From positions 873,744 to 937,743 of the forward strand of contig NW_015164672.1 of assembly GCF_001447785.1 (NCBI RefSeq): a stretch of 64,000 bases of DNA, written 5' to 3'. Positions 37,748 through 50,859 of this stretch are shown in pieces. Position 1 is the first letter of the stretch, and the number at the start of each line of letters is the position of its first letter. The notes beneath the pieces are model-generated. The model worked only from the letters and a program-made list of their open reading frames with translations, was not told the origin of the DNA and made no database searches. Position numbers and translations under genes: made by a program. The DNA comes from Gekko japonicus. Lineage: Eukaryota.

Positions 37748-38966
37748 GAATAGACAGTACTAACTTTGATGGGCCAAGGGTCTGATCCTTTACAAGGTAG
37801 CTTCATGTGTTAACCCAGCTGTGTTGGGTCAGCGAGACTTTTTTTGTTCAGCCCCACCAAGAAAGCTTTCCAACGCCTCAGAACTGATAATTTTTCACTT
37901 TTAGCTTTTTTAAAAATTAGGCCGCAATATTTTCTGTTCTGTCTTTATAATGTGAGGGTATGGATTTGGGAATGTCTTCGCCACTCATGTTTTGGGGCCT
38001 ATGGTATATGGCGGGATACAGAATTTAAATAAATTACGGGGAACAAACCTGGATCAGGACAGAGAGAGGCTGTTAGGAAGGTGGTGGAGTCGAGTGAAGG
38101 ACCAGCAGCCAGGGATGACAAGTTATCTCATACATTCCCCGCCACATCCCCATTCTCAAGTGATTGGCACAAGGACCCCAGTGAGCTTTGGGGCTGAATA
38201 GGGGTTTGAATGTAGGTTTCCCCACTCCTAATCCAGCCTCTCTGGCTGTCAGACTGAGTTTCTTCAAGAGAAGAATTGTGTCTGCACTTGTATGGAAAAA
38301 AAAATAATTTTAAATCAGGATTCCTGGGTTCTGGAGGTTAAGTGTCTGATCTAGTAACAATGGGGCCTGGCCTGAAACCTTTTAGCATCAGAGGCAGAAA
38401 ACTGAAACGTTTCCAGCAAAAATAGTACCATTTTTGAGACAGCTTATCCACCTCCAATAGCTCTATAAACAGAGGCAGTAAACCATTGGGTTCCAGTGCT
38501 AGAAGGCAGTATGAGGGCCCGAGATCTTGGTTTGTTTAGCCCTTCAGGGCATCTAGTCGGCCATTGTGTGAAACAGGATGCTGGACTTGATGGACCACTG
38601 GTCTGATCCAGCAGGGCACTTTTTATGTCCTTGGTGGTGGAAAGTGCCTTCAAGTCGCAGCTGCCTTCTGGCAACCCCAAAGGTTTTTCAAGGCAAGAGA
38701 CATTCAGAGGTAGTCTGCCATTGCCTGGCTCTGCAGAGCAACCTTGGACTTCCTTGGTGGTCTCCCATCCAAGTACTAACCAGAGCCGACCCTGCTTAGC
38801 TTCCGAGATCTGACAAGATCAGGCTAGCCTGGGCTTACGCTCTGACGATCCGTAAATCTGTTCTGCTGGAACGTGGCTGCTTCACTCAGCCTAATGGCTG
38901 GATCGTCGTCGTTTCAGGGCAAGGATTCATGAGCGCTGTTCCCAGCTCCCTTCCCCAGTGCCTCAC

Positions 38967-39050
38967 CTGTACGAAATTGCTTTCATACAGGGGACAGTCC
39001 TTCAGCTCGTCGTATTCCCCACCGGCCAGGCATTTCTGCAGATCCCCCAT
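38967..39050 (-). CDS. GARIN5A: GARIN5A-like coding exon 1 (MGDLQKCLAGGEYDELKDCPLYESNFVQ)
   Basis: FAM71 motif MG.LQ..L..GEY......P.FES.F.Q; donor gtgagg; head-to-head with EMC10 as human FAM71E1 is. The paralog name rests on this synteny. Confidence 0.85.
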
Positions 39051-39559
39051 TCCAAAAGTGGTCTATCTGGTAATGTCCTGGCTTCTGTAGCCCGGAACCT
39101 GGTGGAAGAACCAGAAGAGAAAAAAATGATGCCATGTTGAATTTGTTGTGGATTTCCATGCTGGCTTTGGAGCAGCTGGGAAAAGGTTAGTGTTCTCTGG
39201 CTGGTAAATAATGCAGGAATCTTTATTCTAGAATGAAATTTCTGCAGACTGGGCGGTCTTTATCTTCAAGCCGCCGCACTTGCAAAAAAAAAAAGTCAAC
39301 ATTATCCTGCCGGCTGCTTCGGTCCACAGTTTCGCGCCATACGGGATAACGCGAGACATTCTATTGCAAGTTTGCAACGAGCTCCGCGAGTCTTTTTTTT
39401 TTTTAAGCATAACTTTACCCAGAAGGGGCGGAGCCTACCACCCGGCTCGTGCCACTGCTGATTGGTTCTTTCTACGCTCCTCAGCCCCCCTCGTGGCCCG
39501 TATCCCATGCTGCATTGCGGCTGCCGGCTCCCTTGTCACGTGACCCCGCAAGAGGTACC
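39051..39559. promoter_or_regulatory. CpG-rich bidirectional promoter between GARIN5A-like and EMC10
   Basis: About 510 bp between divergent ATGs. TTTCGCGC (E2F-like) 39330-39337, GGGGCGG near 39425, inverted CCAAT 39461-39465, GTCACGTGAC 39535-39544. Confidence 0.7.
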
Positions 39560-39685
39560 ATGGCGGCTGTCGGAGGATCCCTCCAGTTCTTTCTCCCCGT
39601 TTCGCTCTTGCTTCTAACGTCAGCGCCGTCGCCTCTCGTTCAGGCCGCCGGAGTCGGGAGCTGCCGGGGTGAGCCGGGCCTTAGG
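39560..39685 (+). CDS. EMC10: EMC10 exon 1 (signal peptide, MAAVGGSLQFFLPVSLLLLTSAPSPLVQAAGVGSCRGEPGLR)
   Basis: Kozak accATGG, hydrophobic signal peptide, donor gtaagt. Confidence 0.9.
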
Positions 39686-42206
39686 GTAAGTCGTGGGGTG
39701 GTTGCTCGATAGACATGAGCCGTGAGTGGGTCTCGATGGAACTGGCGGACCAATAATAACTCCGCTGCTGAACTCTTGTTAATATTAATTAGGGTTATGA
39801 CTATTCATGAGCGGAGTGGCGATTTTAGGAATCGGATTGGCAAGGCCAGCAGCTTGCTGGCTTTTGCAGCTCAGGTGTCTGAGCAACGTGTGTAAAGAAG
39901 AGGGGAGACTGACGGGCAAATGCTATGCTCCGGTCAGTCACAATTTCGTCCTTCCTCCTCTGTCTTGCTCTGGCGTCACAACAGCCCTGTGAGGTGGGTT
40001 AGGCAACTGGTCTGTTCCAGCAGGTCTCTTGTTATGTACAGAGTTGCTTTGAGACTGGGTGGGGATTTGCCCTGGGTCTCACAGATCCTGGTCTGCCACT
40101 CTGACCCTCACACCATCCTAGCTGCTGTTTGTTCTGCATCACATGTATGGTAACCCCAAATCCTGTCCATGTTTCTATGAAAACACAAGAAAGACTCTGC
40201 TGGATCAGATCAGTGGTTCCTCTAACCACATAGAGCTGACAGACTGAGTCAGACCATCACTCTTTCAAATACTGTCTACTCTGACAGCTGCTCTCCAGTA
40301 GAGGTCTTTCCCTCTACTGATACTATCTGATCCCTTTAACTAAAGAAGCTGAGAACAGAACCTGGGACTGTCTACATGCAGAGCAGATGCTCTACCACTG
40401 TGCCACAGCCCCTAAGATCTTGTTTTCAGCAAAGGGCAACCAGATGGACCTAGAAGGTTCACAGCAGGAACATGGAGACCTAAACCATCTTCTGCCATCA
40501 CCTTCTACTCACTGGTTCCTGGGGTGGCTAACATTACATTCAAAAATTAAAACTGTAGTAAAAATAATCAGATTGTCAGAAACAGTAAAATAGCAAGAAA
40601 TAAAACAAAATGCAGACTGCATAAGCTGAACAATTCAGCAATATTTCCTAAAAGTAGCAAAGATTGTTACTTTTGGAAACACACAGCATCACAATATGAA
40701 GTGGGGTGGAGAAGGAAAAGGAAAAAGCAAGTCTCAAAACCTCAGGGAGAACAAATTCTGGCATCCAGAGACATACAGCTTCTGAATGTGGAGACCTTCT
40801 TCAGCCATTATGGCTGATGTCTATCCTCCATAAATTTGTCTACTTGCCTTTTGAACTTAGTAGCCCTCACCATATTCTGTGGCAGTGAGTTCCATAACTT
40901 TATTTGGAAGTCAACCCTCCTGAATTCTAGGGCACATGGTCAAGCATCCTGCACAATCCTATGTATATGTATACTCAGGAGCAAGGCCAGTTGAACTTAG
41001 TGGGTCGTACTTATGAGTAAATGTACATAGACTTGTTCTTCAGATGCTCAGAGTTCACATAGAAGTGAGCAAGCTGCTTCCAAGGGGCCCTTCTGATGTT
41101 GTAGGCCTTCAAATAATTTTTAAAAGGCTAACGTAGTTGTGTCATCCCAAAAGCACACTTGTACCTAGAGGTAGAGCACAAAACACAAATACAGGCTGTG
41201 TTGCTGTTACAGAATATAATTACATCAGTTGCTCATTTACTTGCTGATCTTTTGGTATATAGGCTGAATGATTGCTTTATTGGTACATAGATATGCAGTG
41301 ATGTGGTCAGAAAAATTTCTAGTGCTGTATTTTTCCATGGAAAATTTTCTGCCCCACATCGCTGTTCATCTGTTGCTGTCAGTGCTGTCGTGCTGTGGAT
41401 TAGATATGTTAGCTGGGCAAAATGTAGGATATGAAGCATGGACAAACCCAGGGTTTATACATAGCGTATTTTCCTACTTTTGATAACATTATTTCAAGTT
41501 TCCTAACATATTTAGATTATTTGTTTAAATTTGAATAGGAAAATTTTCTGATTCAGTTTTACCTGGAAAACCCATATCACTGTACTTATGAGTGTTGCAT
41601 AGAAATCTGGTAGATGATTCCTTGCATTTCATGGGGTTTTGGTCGCTCTTGCAGGGTTTTTTTCTTCTGCATATAATGTGCCAGTCAAGAAAAAAACATT
41701 TTGCAGTATTTACTCAATCCAAGACTAGACTTTTCCCCCACAGGTGTTTGTTCTCCCCCACACACACACACACGGGTGTTGTCTTGCATTCGCATAACAC
41801 TTGTGTCCTATAATAATTTTTTGTGTATGTATAACATTTTTAGAGGGCTGTCTTCCTTTTGAGTTATTGCAGTATCTGATGAAGAGACTTTAGTCCCCCA
41901 AACAGATGCCTTAATAAATCTCTCTGTAATGGTGCCACTAAATTTGTATAGTAAATCTGGACCTTCTCAGTTGATGCGCAAGGGCTAAGATACCTGGTGT
42001 TTCATGTCAGGTGCATGTTAGCACATCTGTGAGAGTCATTTCCTAAATAAAGCAGGCTGACTTTGAACAGAGCTTTGTTGCAGTTGTTTACTACTGGTTA
42101 TGTCCTGTGCGCATTGTGAGAAAGTGTGCCTTGTGTTAAATAGGGCATACCTGGTAGGATTGGGGCAGTGGGAAGGTGAGGACTTGATCTGTCTCTTTCT
42201 TCTCAG

Positions 42207-42273
42207 ACAGGCGAGTCTCGAGACTCTGAAACCTGCGGCTTGACTCTGCAGCTGGAGCACTCCTTTGAGCTGG
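42207..42273 (+). CDS. EMC10: EMC10 exon 2 (TGESRDSETCGLTLQLEHSFEL)
   Basis: LEHSFE motif; acceptor tctcag, donor gtgagt; phase 0/1. Confidence 0.9.
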
Positions 42274-43079
42274 GTGAGTGTGTGGCGTGCAGATGGCTGG
42301 TGGACTTGTGGGTGAAGAGAGCATGCACACCTAGCAATGAATCATGCTTATGCCTAACACGAACAACCTGTGTGTGATGTCCAAATGCAGTTGGAGTGTA
42401 ACACATAAGGTTGGCACATCATTGGGGAAAGATTCCTGTTCAGATGCACTACTGTATTCAGGAAGGGGTGTGGGTTTGTGTGTGTAACAGCTATCATTTA
42501 GTAGAATACTTGTGGTGGGCCCTAAATCGCCTAAAGAAGTGTATTAAAAACACTCCCTTCCTTCCAGTGGGTTGGAGGCAACCAGCTTTTCTGCAGGCAA
42601 AAATGAAGGAAGAGGTCCCTTTCACTACCAAAAAAGACAGTGCTGGGAATCACAGGACCTGCATGTACAAAGGCCATGTGAGACAGACTTCTCAGGTGCA
42701 GTAAGGAGAATTGGGCTCGATCAAGTGAAAAAGCTGTCTGCAACCCACCCACTGTCTTGCTTGAATCCTCTCTAGAGTTTGCACTGGACCCTGCAGACTA
42801 GCCTTTGCTTTTGCCACACTGACTGTTGAACTGTGTAGGCAGCACCGGGTGACCTTTACAAGCATATGTTGGGGGGGGGGGCAGACTGGGGATGGAGCAA
42901 TGTTGTGTTCTTTGGTTTATCTGGAGGAAAGGACATTTTTAGTGGAGATCGAGTGCGAGGCTGGGTACTGTGATTCCTGGGAGAATCCTTGGGCCTACAG
43001 CATGTAGGTAGGGGGCTGGGTTCGTCCTGCATGAGGAAGCCCAGGATCTGAGACTCTCTTGGTTTTCTGTTGTCTGCAG

Positions 43080-43192
43080 ATGACAGCATCCAGTTTAAAA
43101 AGCGGGGGACTCTCCTGTGGAACATGACCCCCGACTCCAGCCTCTCCCTAAGCCAGAAGCAGTTAACTGAGGAGGAGCGCAATAAACTTAGG
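43080..43192 (+). CDS. EMC10: EMC10 exon 3 ([38 protein letters not shown])
   Basis: F.KRG.LLWN and SQ.QL.EEER..LR motifs; canonical splice sites. Confidence 0.93.
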
Positions 43193-43637
43193 GTGAGTGT
43201 GCATCCCTGCAAGAAATGAGAGTTGGCTTGGCTTATGGATAGTGATGCAGGGCTGCCATGATATCCCAGCCTGGGGTTCTTGCTGTGAAACCTTGAAAGG
43301 AGAATGTGGACAGAGCTGCCTATTTACGGCAGGCTTGCCTTTGCAGTGCGGAATCTGTCTGGCAAAAAATTGGGCAAATGCCTCTCTCTCTCTCTCCCCC
43401 CCCCCCCCTTTGGTTTTTTTTAAAATCCATTTGATTTGAAACTCTGAATCATGGAAGTGGAATAAGTTATTCCCAATCAAGGTAATGTATTCTGATCTCC
43501 TGCTTTTCAGTTCAGATGGACCTGGATTTGGCTTTTTACATCTTATTGGGAGAGGGAGGAGAGCTGATAGATGTGGGGGTGAAAAGCAAAGAGTTTCCAT
43601 ACCTACTGTGCCTTTCCCCCCCCTCTACAAACTCCAG

Positions 43638-43742
43638 GAAGTAGCTACAGAAGGTGGACTCTATCGGGTGCGGATCCCACGACGGCCCCTAGGGAGCACA
43701 GAGGAGAGTGGAGTTGAATACGTCACCTCCTTTGTCCGGGCG
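43638..43742 (+). CDS. EMC10: EMC10 exon 4 ([35 protein letters not shown])
   Basis: [11 protein letters not shown] and YV.SFV.A motifs; acceptor ctccag, donor gtgagt. Confidence 0.93.
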
Positions 43743-43755
43743 GTGAGTGTCTTCT

Positions 43756-45456
43756 TCTTCTTCTTTTTTTTTTAGTACTTGCCCTAAATGGGCAAAGTTT
43801 ATTAGTTTTTAAGAATTACACCAAACAAAACAAAAAAAAGAGCAATACCTTTTTAAAATATCTAGACATTGTCTTGCTCACAACATCTTTAGATACATAG
43901 TTCCTTTTTCCTTCTTGTTTAACTTCCACAACAAATATCATTAATCAAAATTCTATTCCCAATATATAGTTCATTTTTCTATATCCTATCTGCTATATTT
44001 CATTTTATCTATGCTACCCTATTATTAGTCAGTTTTATAATAATAAAAATAGAAAAGGAAAGAAACAGGTGGTTCNNNNNNNNNNNNNNNNNNNNNNNNN
44101 NNNNNNNNNNNNNNNNNNNNNNNNNNNNNNNNNNNNNNNNNNNNNNNNNNNNNNNNNNNNNNNNNNNNNNNNNNNNNNNNNNNNNNNNNNNNNNNNNNNN
44201 NNNNNNNNNNNNNNNNNNNNNNNNNNNNNNNNNNNNNNNNNNNNNNNNNNNNNNNNNNNNNNNNNNNNNNNNNNNNNNNNNNNNNNNNNNNNNNNNNNNN
44301 NNNNNNNNNNNNNNNNNNNNNNNNNNNNNNNNNNNNNNNNNNNNNNNNNNNNNNNNNNNNNNNNNNNNNNNNNNNNNNNNNNNNNNNNNNNNNNNNNNNN
44401 NNNNNNNNNNNNNNNNNNNNNNNNNNNNNNNNNNNNNNNNNNNNNNNNNNNNNNNNNNNNNNNNNNNNNNNNNNNNNNNNNNNNNNNNNNNNNNNNNNNN
44501 NNNNNNNNNNNNNNNNNNNNNNNNNNNNNNNNNNNNNNNNNNNNNNNNNNNNNNNNNNNNNNNNNNNNNNNNNNNNNNNNNNNNNNNNNNNNNNNNNNNN
44601 NNNNNNNNNNNNNNNNNNNNNNCTTCCAAAGCTTGACAGATAGAGACTGTAATCTTTTTTTCCAGTTGTAGCTTAAAGAGATCCCAATATGTCTCCCAGT
44701 CATCTAGCTGCTGTAATGTTTCCAAAGCTATTTTCCTTCGCTTCTATCACATTACAAAAGGCCATCACGCTCCTGGACAAGCAGCCTCCACAGATCTGTG
44801 AGCTATGCAGTTAGAAAAGTCGCGGTCGCCATTTTACAAGTCTGTCCTCCTTTCAATAAATTGTCCTCCTTTCAATAAATCAAATCAGTCACTTAAGATT
44901 AGTCTCTGTAGAAATCTTTTCCCAGCTCGCAGATAGAAGATTTTAGTGCAAAGTTTAGCGCCTCAGTTTTGAAAGTGAAGAACTCCCCTAAACTCTGGCA
45001 AGCCACAGGCAGGGGAGTCAGCTCCCTTTGCTTCTGGGGAAGATTTATGGGGGCAATCATAAAAATACTCACTTCTTTTCAAAAATACTCACTGAGTCTT
45101 CACCAAGGATGTTAGTGACGAGGTATGGAGGCCCTTATATGGGGTAGTTACAACTTCCCAGTCATGCTAACGCGGCTGGTCTTTAGGAGCTTCTGCTTCA
45201 AGACAATCTGATTCCGTCTCCTGCTGTTGCCACAGGCAGGTGGCTCAGATGAAAGTCTTCTGCCACCAGTTTCCTACACTCGAGGTACTGGAGAGACTCC
45301 TGACCCGTCCGGTGTGCCCAGAAAGGTCAAAAATTTCACTAAAGAGCTCCCAAAAGCTAGTGAATTTCTGAGTTTCACTAGCTTTTGGGAGCTCTTTAGT
45401 GAAATCTGAGCCCTGAGTATTCAACTAGGTTGTTGCACAGAAGCCCCGCCTCTCCC
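43756..45456 (-). mobile_element. Poly(A) retroelement, probably L1-clade, with a possibly intact 5' end; spans an assembly gap
   Basis: 20-bp TSD CCGGGCGGTGAGTGTCTTCT (43736-43755 / 45457-45476); poly(A)/(GAA)n tail and AATAAA on the minus strand; G-rich 5' start. Confidence 0.75.
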
Positions 45457-48400
45457 CCGGGCGGTGAGTGTCTTCTGATGCTAGTCTTGGGAAGGCCTTT
45501 CTGTGAAACCCTTTCCAGCTTGTAGACAAAGAAGCTGACTTCTGCCTGTCATTCAAACAGAGGAAGCTGTCTTATATTACCAGTCTGTCTTGCATAGACT
45601 GGCAGCATCTGAACAGGGTCTTGGGCAGAGAATGGTCTTTGCCAACTTTGGTGGCTGAAATCATTGAGCACAGCAGGGATTGAACTTGGGAACTTCTGCA
45701 TGAAAAACCCATGCTCTACCACTTAGCCATGGCCCTTCATCAGACTGCCCCAGACCAACCTTACCTCTTTTCCAGAACATCCTCTGGCCCAGCCTATAGA
45801 TATAACACTCCTCAAACTTTTTATGGTACAAGGGGAAACTGTTGTTTGTCTTTTCCCCCCTTAGCTTTGAGGTGAAAATCTATGGACACATTTTGGGCAC
45901 AATCTTGCCCAGCTTAAGTGCTTTCAATGCCCATTTAAACCATTTGAAGGAGGAGAAGAAGAGACTGGAGTTATACCCCACCCTTCACTACCCGAAGGAG
46001 TCTCAGAGCGGCTTACAATCTCCTTTCCCTTCCCCTCCCCACAACAGACACCCTGTGAGGTAGGTGGGGCTGAGAGAGCTCTTTCGAGAGCTCATGAGAG
46101 AACAGCTCTGAAAGAACTTGTGACTGACCCAAGGTCACGCCAGCAGCTACATGTAGAGGAGTGGGGAATCAAACTCGGTTCTTCCAGATTAGAGTTCACT
46201 CTCCTAACCACTACACCAAACTGACTGTCCTAACCACTACACCAAACTGGGTGGACTAAGCACACGCTTAAATCTTCCCCATTGAAATTGGTCAAGCTTA
46301 AAAAGCATGGTACTTTGACCTGATGGGTGCCCTTTTTTTTACCATAGTAAAATGAACAGGAGTATTTCACTTAACGTGGTTTAGAATGAGCGATAATTAC
46401 GTAGGCAAAACTGCAGGAGGCACAGGGATTCAAGCCTCCAGGAATGTTGATTACCAAAAATGAAAGCAGAGGAAAGCACGGCGGCCTTAGCCACGAATAG
46501 CTTCCATAAGCCATTCCATAATTTGGCATCCCATTCAAGCCATGTAAAAGGCTTTAAACAGATTCATGGAGGTTAGGGCTTTCAGTGGCAACTAGCCATG
46601 GTGACTGTGGGGAACCTCCACATTCAGAGGCACTAATCTGAATCCCAGAGCCAGGAGACAACATCAGGGGAAGACCTCGGCCTCTACGCCCTGTTCTTGG
46701 CCCTCCAGAGGACCTGGTTGGCCACTGTGTGAGACAGGATGCTGGACTAGATGGACCACTGATCCAATCCAGCAGGGCTCTTCTTATGTTTACATTCAAG
46801 AAGGGAATTAGGAGGGCTTTTCTTTGGAGAGGGGAAAATCGTAAGTTCATTTTAAGAAGTGTCAGCTTCCTCGTGAGACGCTTTGGGCCAAAAAACAGGT
46901 TTGAAGGCAACCTTTACTGAATTGCTATATGAAACACCGTATCTTCTCAACTTGTGTTGTACACATCTGAACCCAGTATTGGCAAACCACTAAGATTTTT
47001 ACCTTCTCTGAGTGAATCAAAAGAAAACTTCTTCAGGAATAAGCTAGGTTGGAGTCCAGGAGCACTTTAAAGACCAAGAAGATTTTTTTGGGGGGGGTGT
47101 ATAAACGGAATGCATTTGTCAGAATAAGTCATGTCTCAGCCTACTCTCTTGTCATGCTACCGCTTTTCTTCGAATTAAACGTAAGGTAAAGGTTCCCTTG
47201 CTCGAAAGCCAGTCGAATCCGACTCTAGGGTTGCGGTGCTCATCTCCGTTTCAAAGCCGAAGAGCCAGCGCTGTCCGAAGACGTTTCCGTGGTCATGTGG
47301 CCGGCATGACTAAACACCAAGGCGCACGGAACGCTGTTATCTTCCCTCCGAAGTGGTACCTATTTATCTACTTGCAATTTCTTGCTTTCGAACTGCTAGG
47401 TTGGCAGGAGCTGGAACTAGCGATGGGAGCTCACTCCATTATGCGGCACCTGGGTCTCGAACTGCTGAGCTACTGACCTTCCACAGCCTGCAGTTCAGCG
47501 TCTTAAGCACTTGAGCCACCGCAGCTCCTTAGAATTACAGCACCTTAATAAAACTGGAGAGTGCACAGAAACTGTCCTGGCATTTCAGCACGTACCCCAG
47601 TCCCATCCTCAAAGAAGTAACAGAACAGGAGCCTTTTTATATCTCTGAGACTTTCCATGCTAGAGGGAAACTGTAGAGCAAAGATGTCAAACCCCAGGGC
47701 TATTTTTGGGCAGGAACGCACAGGAATGGAGTTCCGGCTGGCTCCCAAGTTGGCCACGCCCAGCAGGAACTCATTTGCATAATAGGCCACACCCAACAGC
47801 AGAAACTCATTGGAATTGACTACATTAGGGGTGTGTGGCCTAACATGCAAAGGAGTTCCTGCTATTAAAAAAGTCCTGGGTTTTGACAACAAACAAGGTA
47901 AACAGAATAACAAGCAAAAGGTGTGTGTGGCTGGATAACCACACTTCTGGTAAAATGGGGGTGCGTCCTAATGTGCTAATGAGCTGTGCTGGCAGGGGTG
48001 TGGCCTAATATGCTAATGTGTTTCTGGTGTTGGGTGTGGCCTATTATGCTAATGAGTTCCTGCTGGGCTTTTTCTACAAAAAGAGCCCTGTTGAACCCAT
48101 TTGCTCTGAGGGCTGGATCTGACATAAATGTCACTTTGTCGGGCTGGGCCCCGTGTGCCATAAAATGTAATGCCAGGTACCGGAGATATTTTACCACTGA
48201 CTGCGACCCATACCCCTCCTCAGCAGAGCTTGAGGACAAACCAGCCCTCCTCGCCCCCTATGGCTGCCAACGCTGGGTTGGGCAATCCCTGAAGATCTGG
48301 GGGAAGACCCTGGGGAGGGCCTGCATTTGGAGAAAGGAGGGACCTCAGCTGGGGGTATAATAGGGGCCCTTTCGGTCCACGTTTGGACTGGTTTCCCCCC

Positions 48401-48693
48401 AGTTGTTCACAGACCAGATAAGAGCCCTGGATGGGTCAGTTCTGGCCACCGGGTTATATGTGTGACATGTCTGCTGTAGAGGATGCTAATGGTCTGTCTT
48501 AAGAAACCGTTGGAACGCTTAAAAACTGGAGAGGGAAGAGCTGAGCCCCATGTACTCAATTACTACTGCCTCACCAATACCTTTGCTAAGGTGAGGGCTA
48601 CAGGAGGGTGGGCCCGTGGCTCATCATAGGAGAGAGTGAGCTCATCAGAAGCATCTGTCTTTCTCCCCCCCACCACCCCCTTCCCTGCCACAG

Positions 48694-48875
48694 TGCTCCA
48701 TGGTAGAGTCACATCTATCCGACAGGCTGACGGTTCATACGGACGTGGCTGGAAACATCATCGGCCTCTCCGTCGTCACCATCCCGGGGTCCTGCCACGG
48801 GGCCGAGGTGGAAGATGTGGACTTGGAACTGTTCAACACCACCATCCTCCTCCAGCAGCCCATCCCTGCAGCTGT
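48694..48875 (+). CDS. EMC10: EMC10 exon 5 ([50 protein letters not shown]...)
   Basis: Highly conserved CS.VESHLSD and [12 protein letters not shown] motifs; canonical splice sites; phase 0/2. Confidence 0.96.
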
Positions 48876-50679
48876 GTGAGTTTTCCGTTTGCCCCCAGGT
48901 GGGGTCGGTGGTGGGTTCTGTCACACCTGAAGAGGTTTGCGACTGGGTATTCTGGATTTGCTGAGGAGGGGAACAGAATGCACTCTTTTCGTTGTGGAGA
49001 TTCTGATAGAAACATGGCTGCTGCGTAATGAGCAGAGTAGGAGGGCGGGACTCTGGAGCTCCATGCCTCAGCAATGAGGCCCTCTGTGGTCGTTTTTTTT
49101 CCTTGGGGGAGAAGAGGTTCTTGTGGGTTAGAGATAAGGAACAGAAGCTATTTGTTAACTCCTAGCTTGGTGTAGTGGTTAGGAGCGCGGACTCTAATCT
49201 GGGAGAACCGGATTTGATTCCCCACTCCTCCACATGTAGCTGCTGTTGGGACCTTGGGTCAGTCATAAGTTCTTTCAGAGCTGTTCTCTCAAGGGCAGTT
49301 CTTGAGAGAGCTCTCTCAGCCCCACCTACCTCACAGGGTGTCTGTTGTGGGGAGTGGAGGGAAAGGAGATTGTAAGCCGCTCTGATACTCATTCGGGTAG
49401 TGAAGGACGGTATAAATCCAATCTCTTCTTCTTCTATTTACTCTGGATAGTAATGGTTAGAAAACAGAGCTCTCAGATTCTCAGCAAAGAATCCAAGGGA
49501 AGTGGGGAACTTACCAAGTAGAATTTCTGAGTTTTTTTTTCCAAGATGGGTAGCCATGGTCAGTCTGCCTGCTGCAGTAGAAAAGACCAAGAGTCCAATA
49601 GCACCTTAACCATTTCTCTCCGATATTTTGCAATATGTATCTCAGCACTATTTTCCTGAGTACAAATGTTCAACATTTACTGTCCCTTCACTATGAAGTC
49701 ATAATCCACTTTCAGTGACTCACAAAAGCTCGTACCCTGCGACAAATTTTGTTAGTCTTTCAGGTGCTTACTGGACTCTTGCTCTTTTCTTCTGCTGCTG
49801 AGTCATTTGATGGGAATGAGTCCAGAGGTTTAGGCTGTAATCCTAAACACTCTTGAAAAGAGTAGGTGCCTTTGGAAGTTAGCCGGCCTTGCTTCCAAGG
49901 AAGTGAGTGTAGATTTGGGGTAAAGCACATGTTAGGTCTCTGTCTGTCTATAGCCTTTTTGTCCTCTTCTACCTCTGTGGAAATCAGAACAGTGCTTATG
50001 GGTTTCCCTTCCCCGTTTTATGGTCACGATCATGCAAGCTTCATGTCTAAGCAGGGATTTGAACCCAGGACTTCCAGATCCTATGTCTGGATCCAACCAG
50101 CTTTTCTGCTGGTGAAAACAGAAGGAGGGGAGTCCAACTCCCCCCAAAATGACATACTGGGGATTATGGGACCTGCCTGGACAACAGCCTTGTGGCAGAG
50201 AGGCAGCATCAAGGGGGGGGGAGGGGGACTAGGTGAGATTGTGTGGACATCTTGGCTGGATCTAACCACTGTTACCACACTGGCTGTCAAGGGGGTCGGG
50301 AAGGACCTACCAGCCACAGCTTCACTTGTCTAGGAAAGAAGTTTTGGAATTCACTGCCGCAGGAAGGGGTGGTGGCTACAAGCATAGACAGCTTAAAGAG
50401 GGAATTGGATAAACATATGGAGCAGAGGTCCACCAGTGGCTATTAGCCACAAGGTATAGATGGAACATTCTGTCTGGGGCGGTGGTGCTCTGTATTCTAG
50501 TTGCTGCAGGGGCAACAGTGGGAGGGCTTCCAGAGTTCTGGCCCCGCTGGTGGACCTCCAGATGGCACTGTGGGTTTTGGCCACTGTGTGACCCAGAGTG
50601 TTGGACTGGATGGGCCACTGGCCTGATCCAACATGGCTTCTCTGATGTTCTTAAGTGTGCCGTCTTGTCTCTGATATAG

Positions 50680-50859
<180 letters not shown>

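Noticed and set aside
42205-42210. Alternative acceptor AG 4 nt inside EMC10 exon 2
   Set aside because: Use would frameshift, and nothing in the sequence supports regulated use.
44009-44725. Long ORFs of 200-238 aa
   Set aside because: They consist mostly of N-gap X residues.
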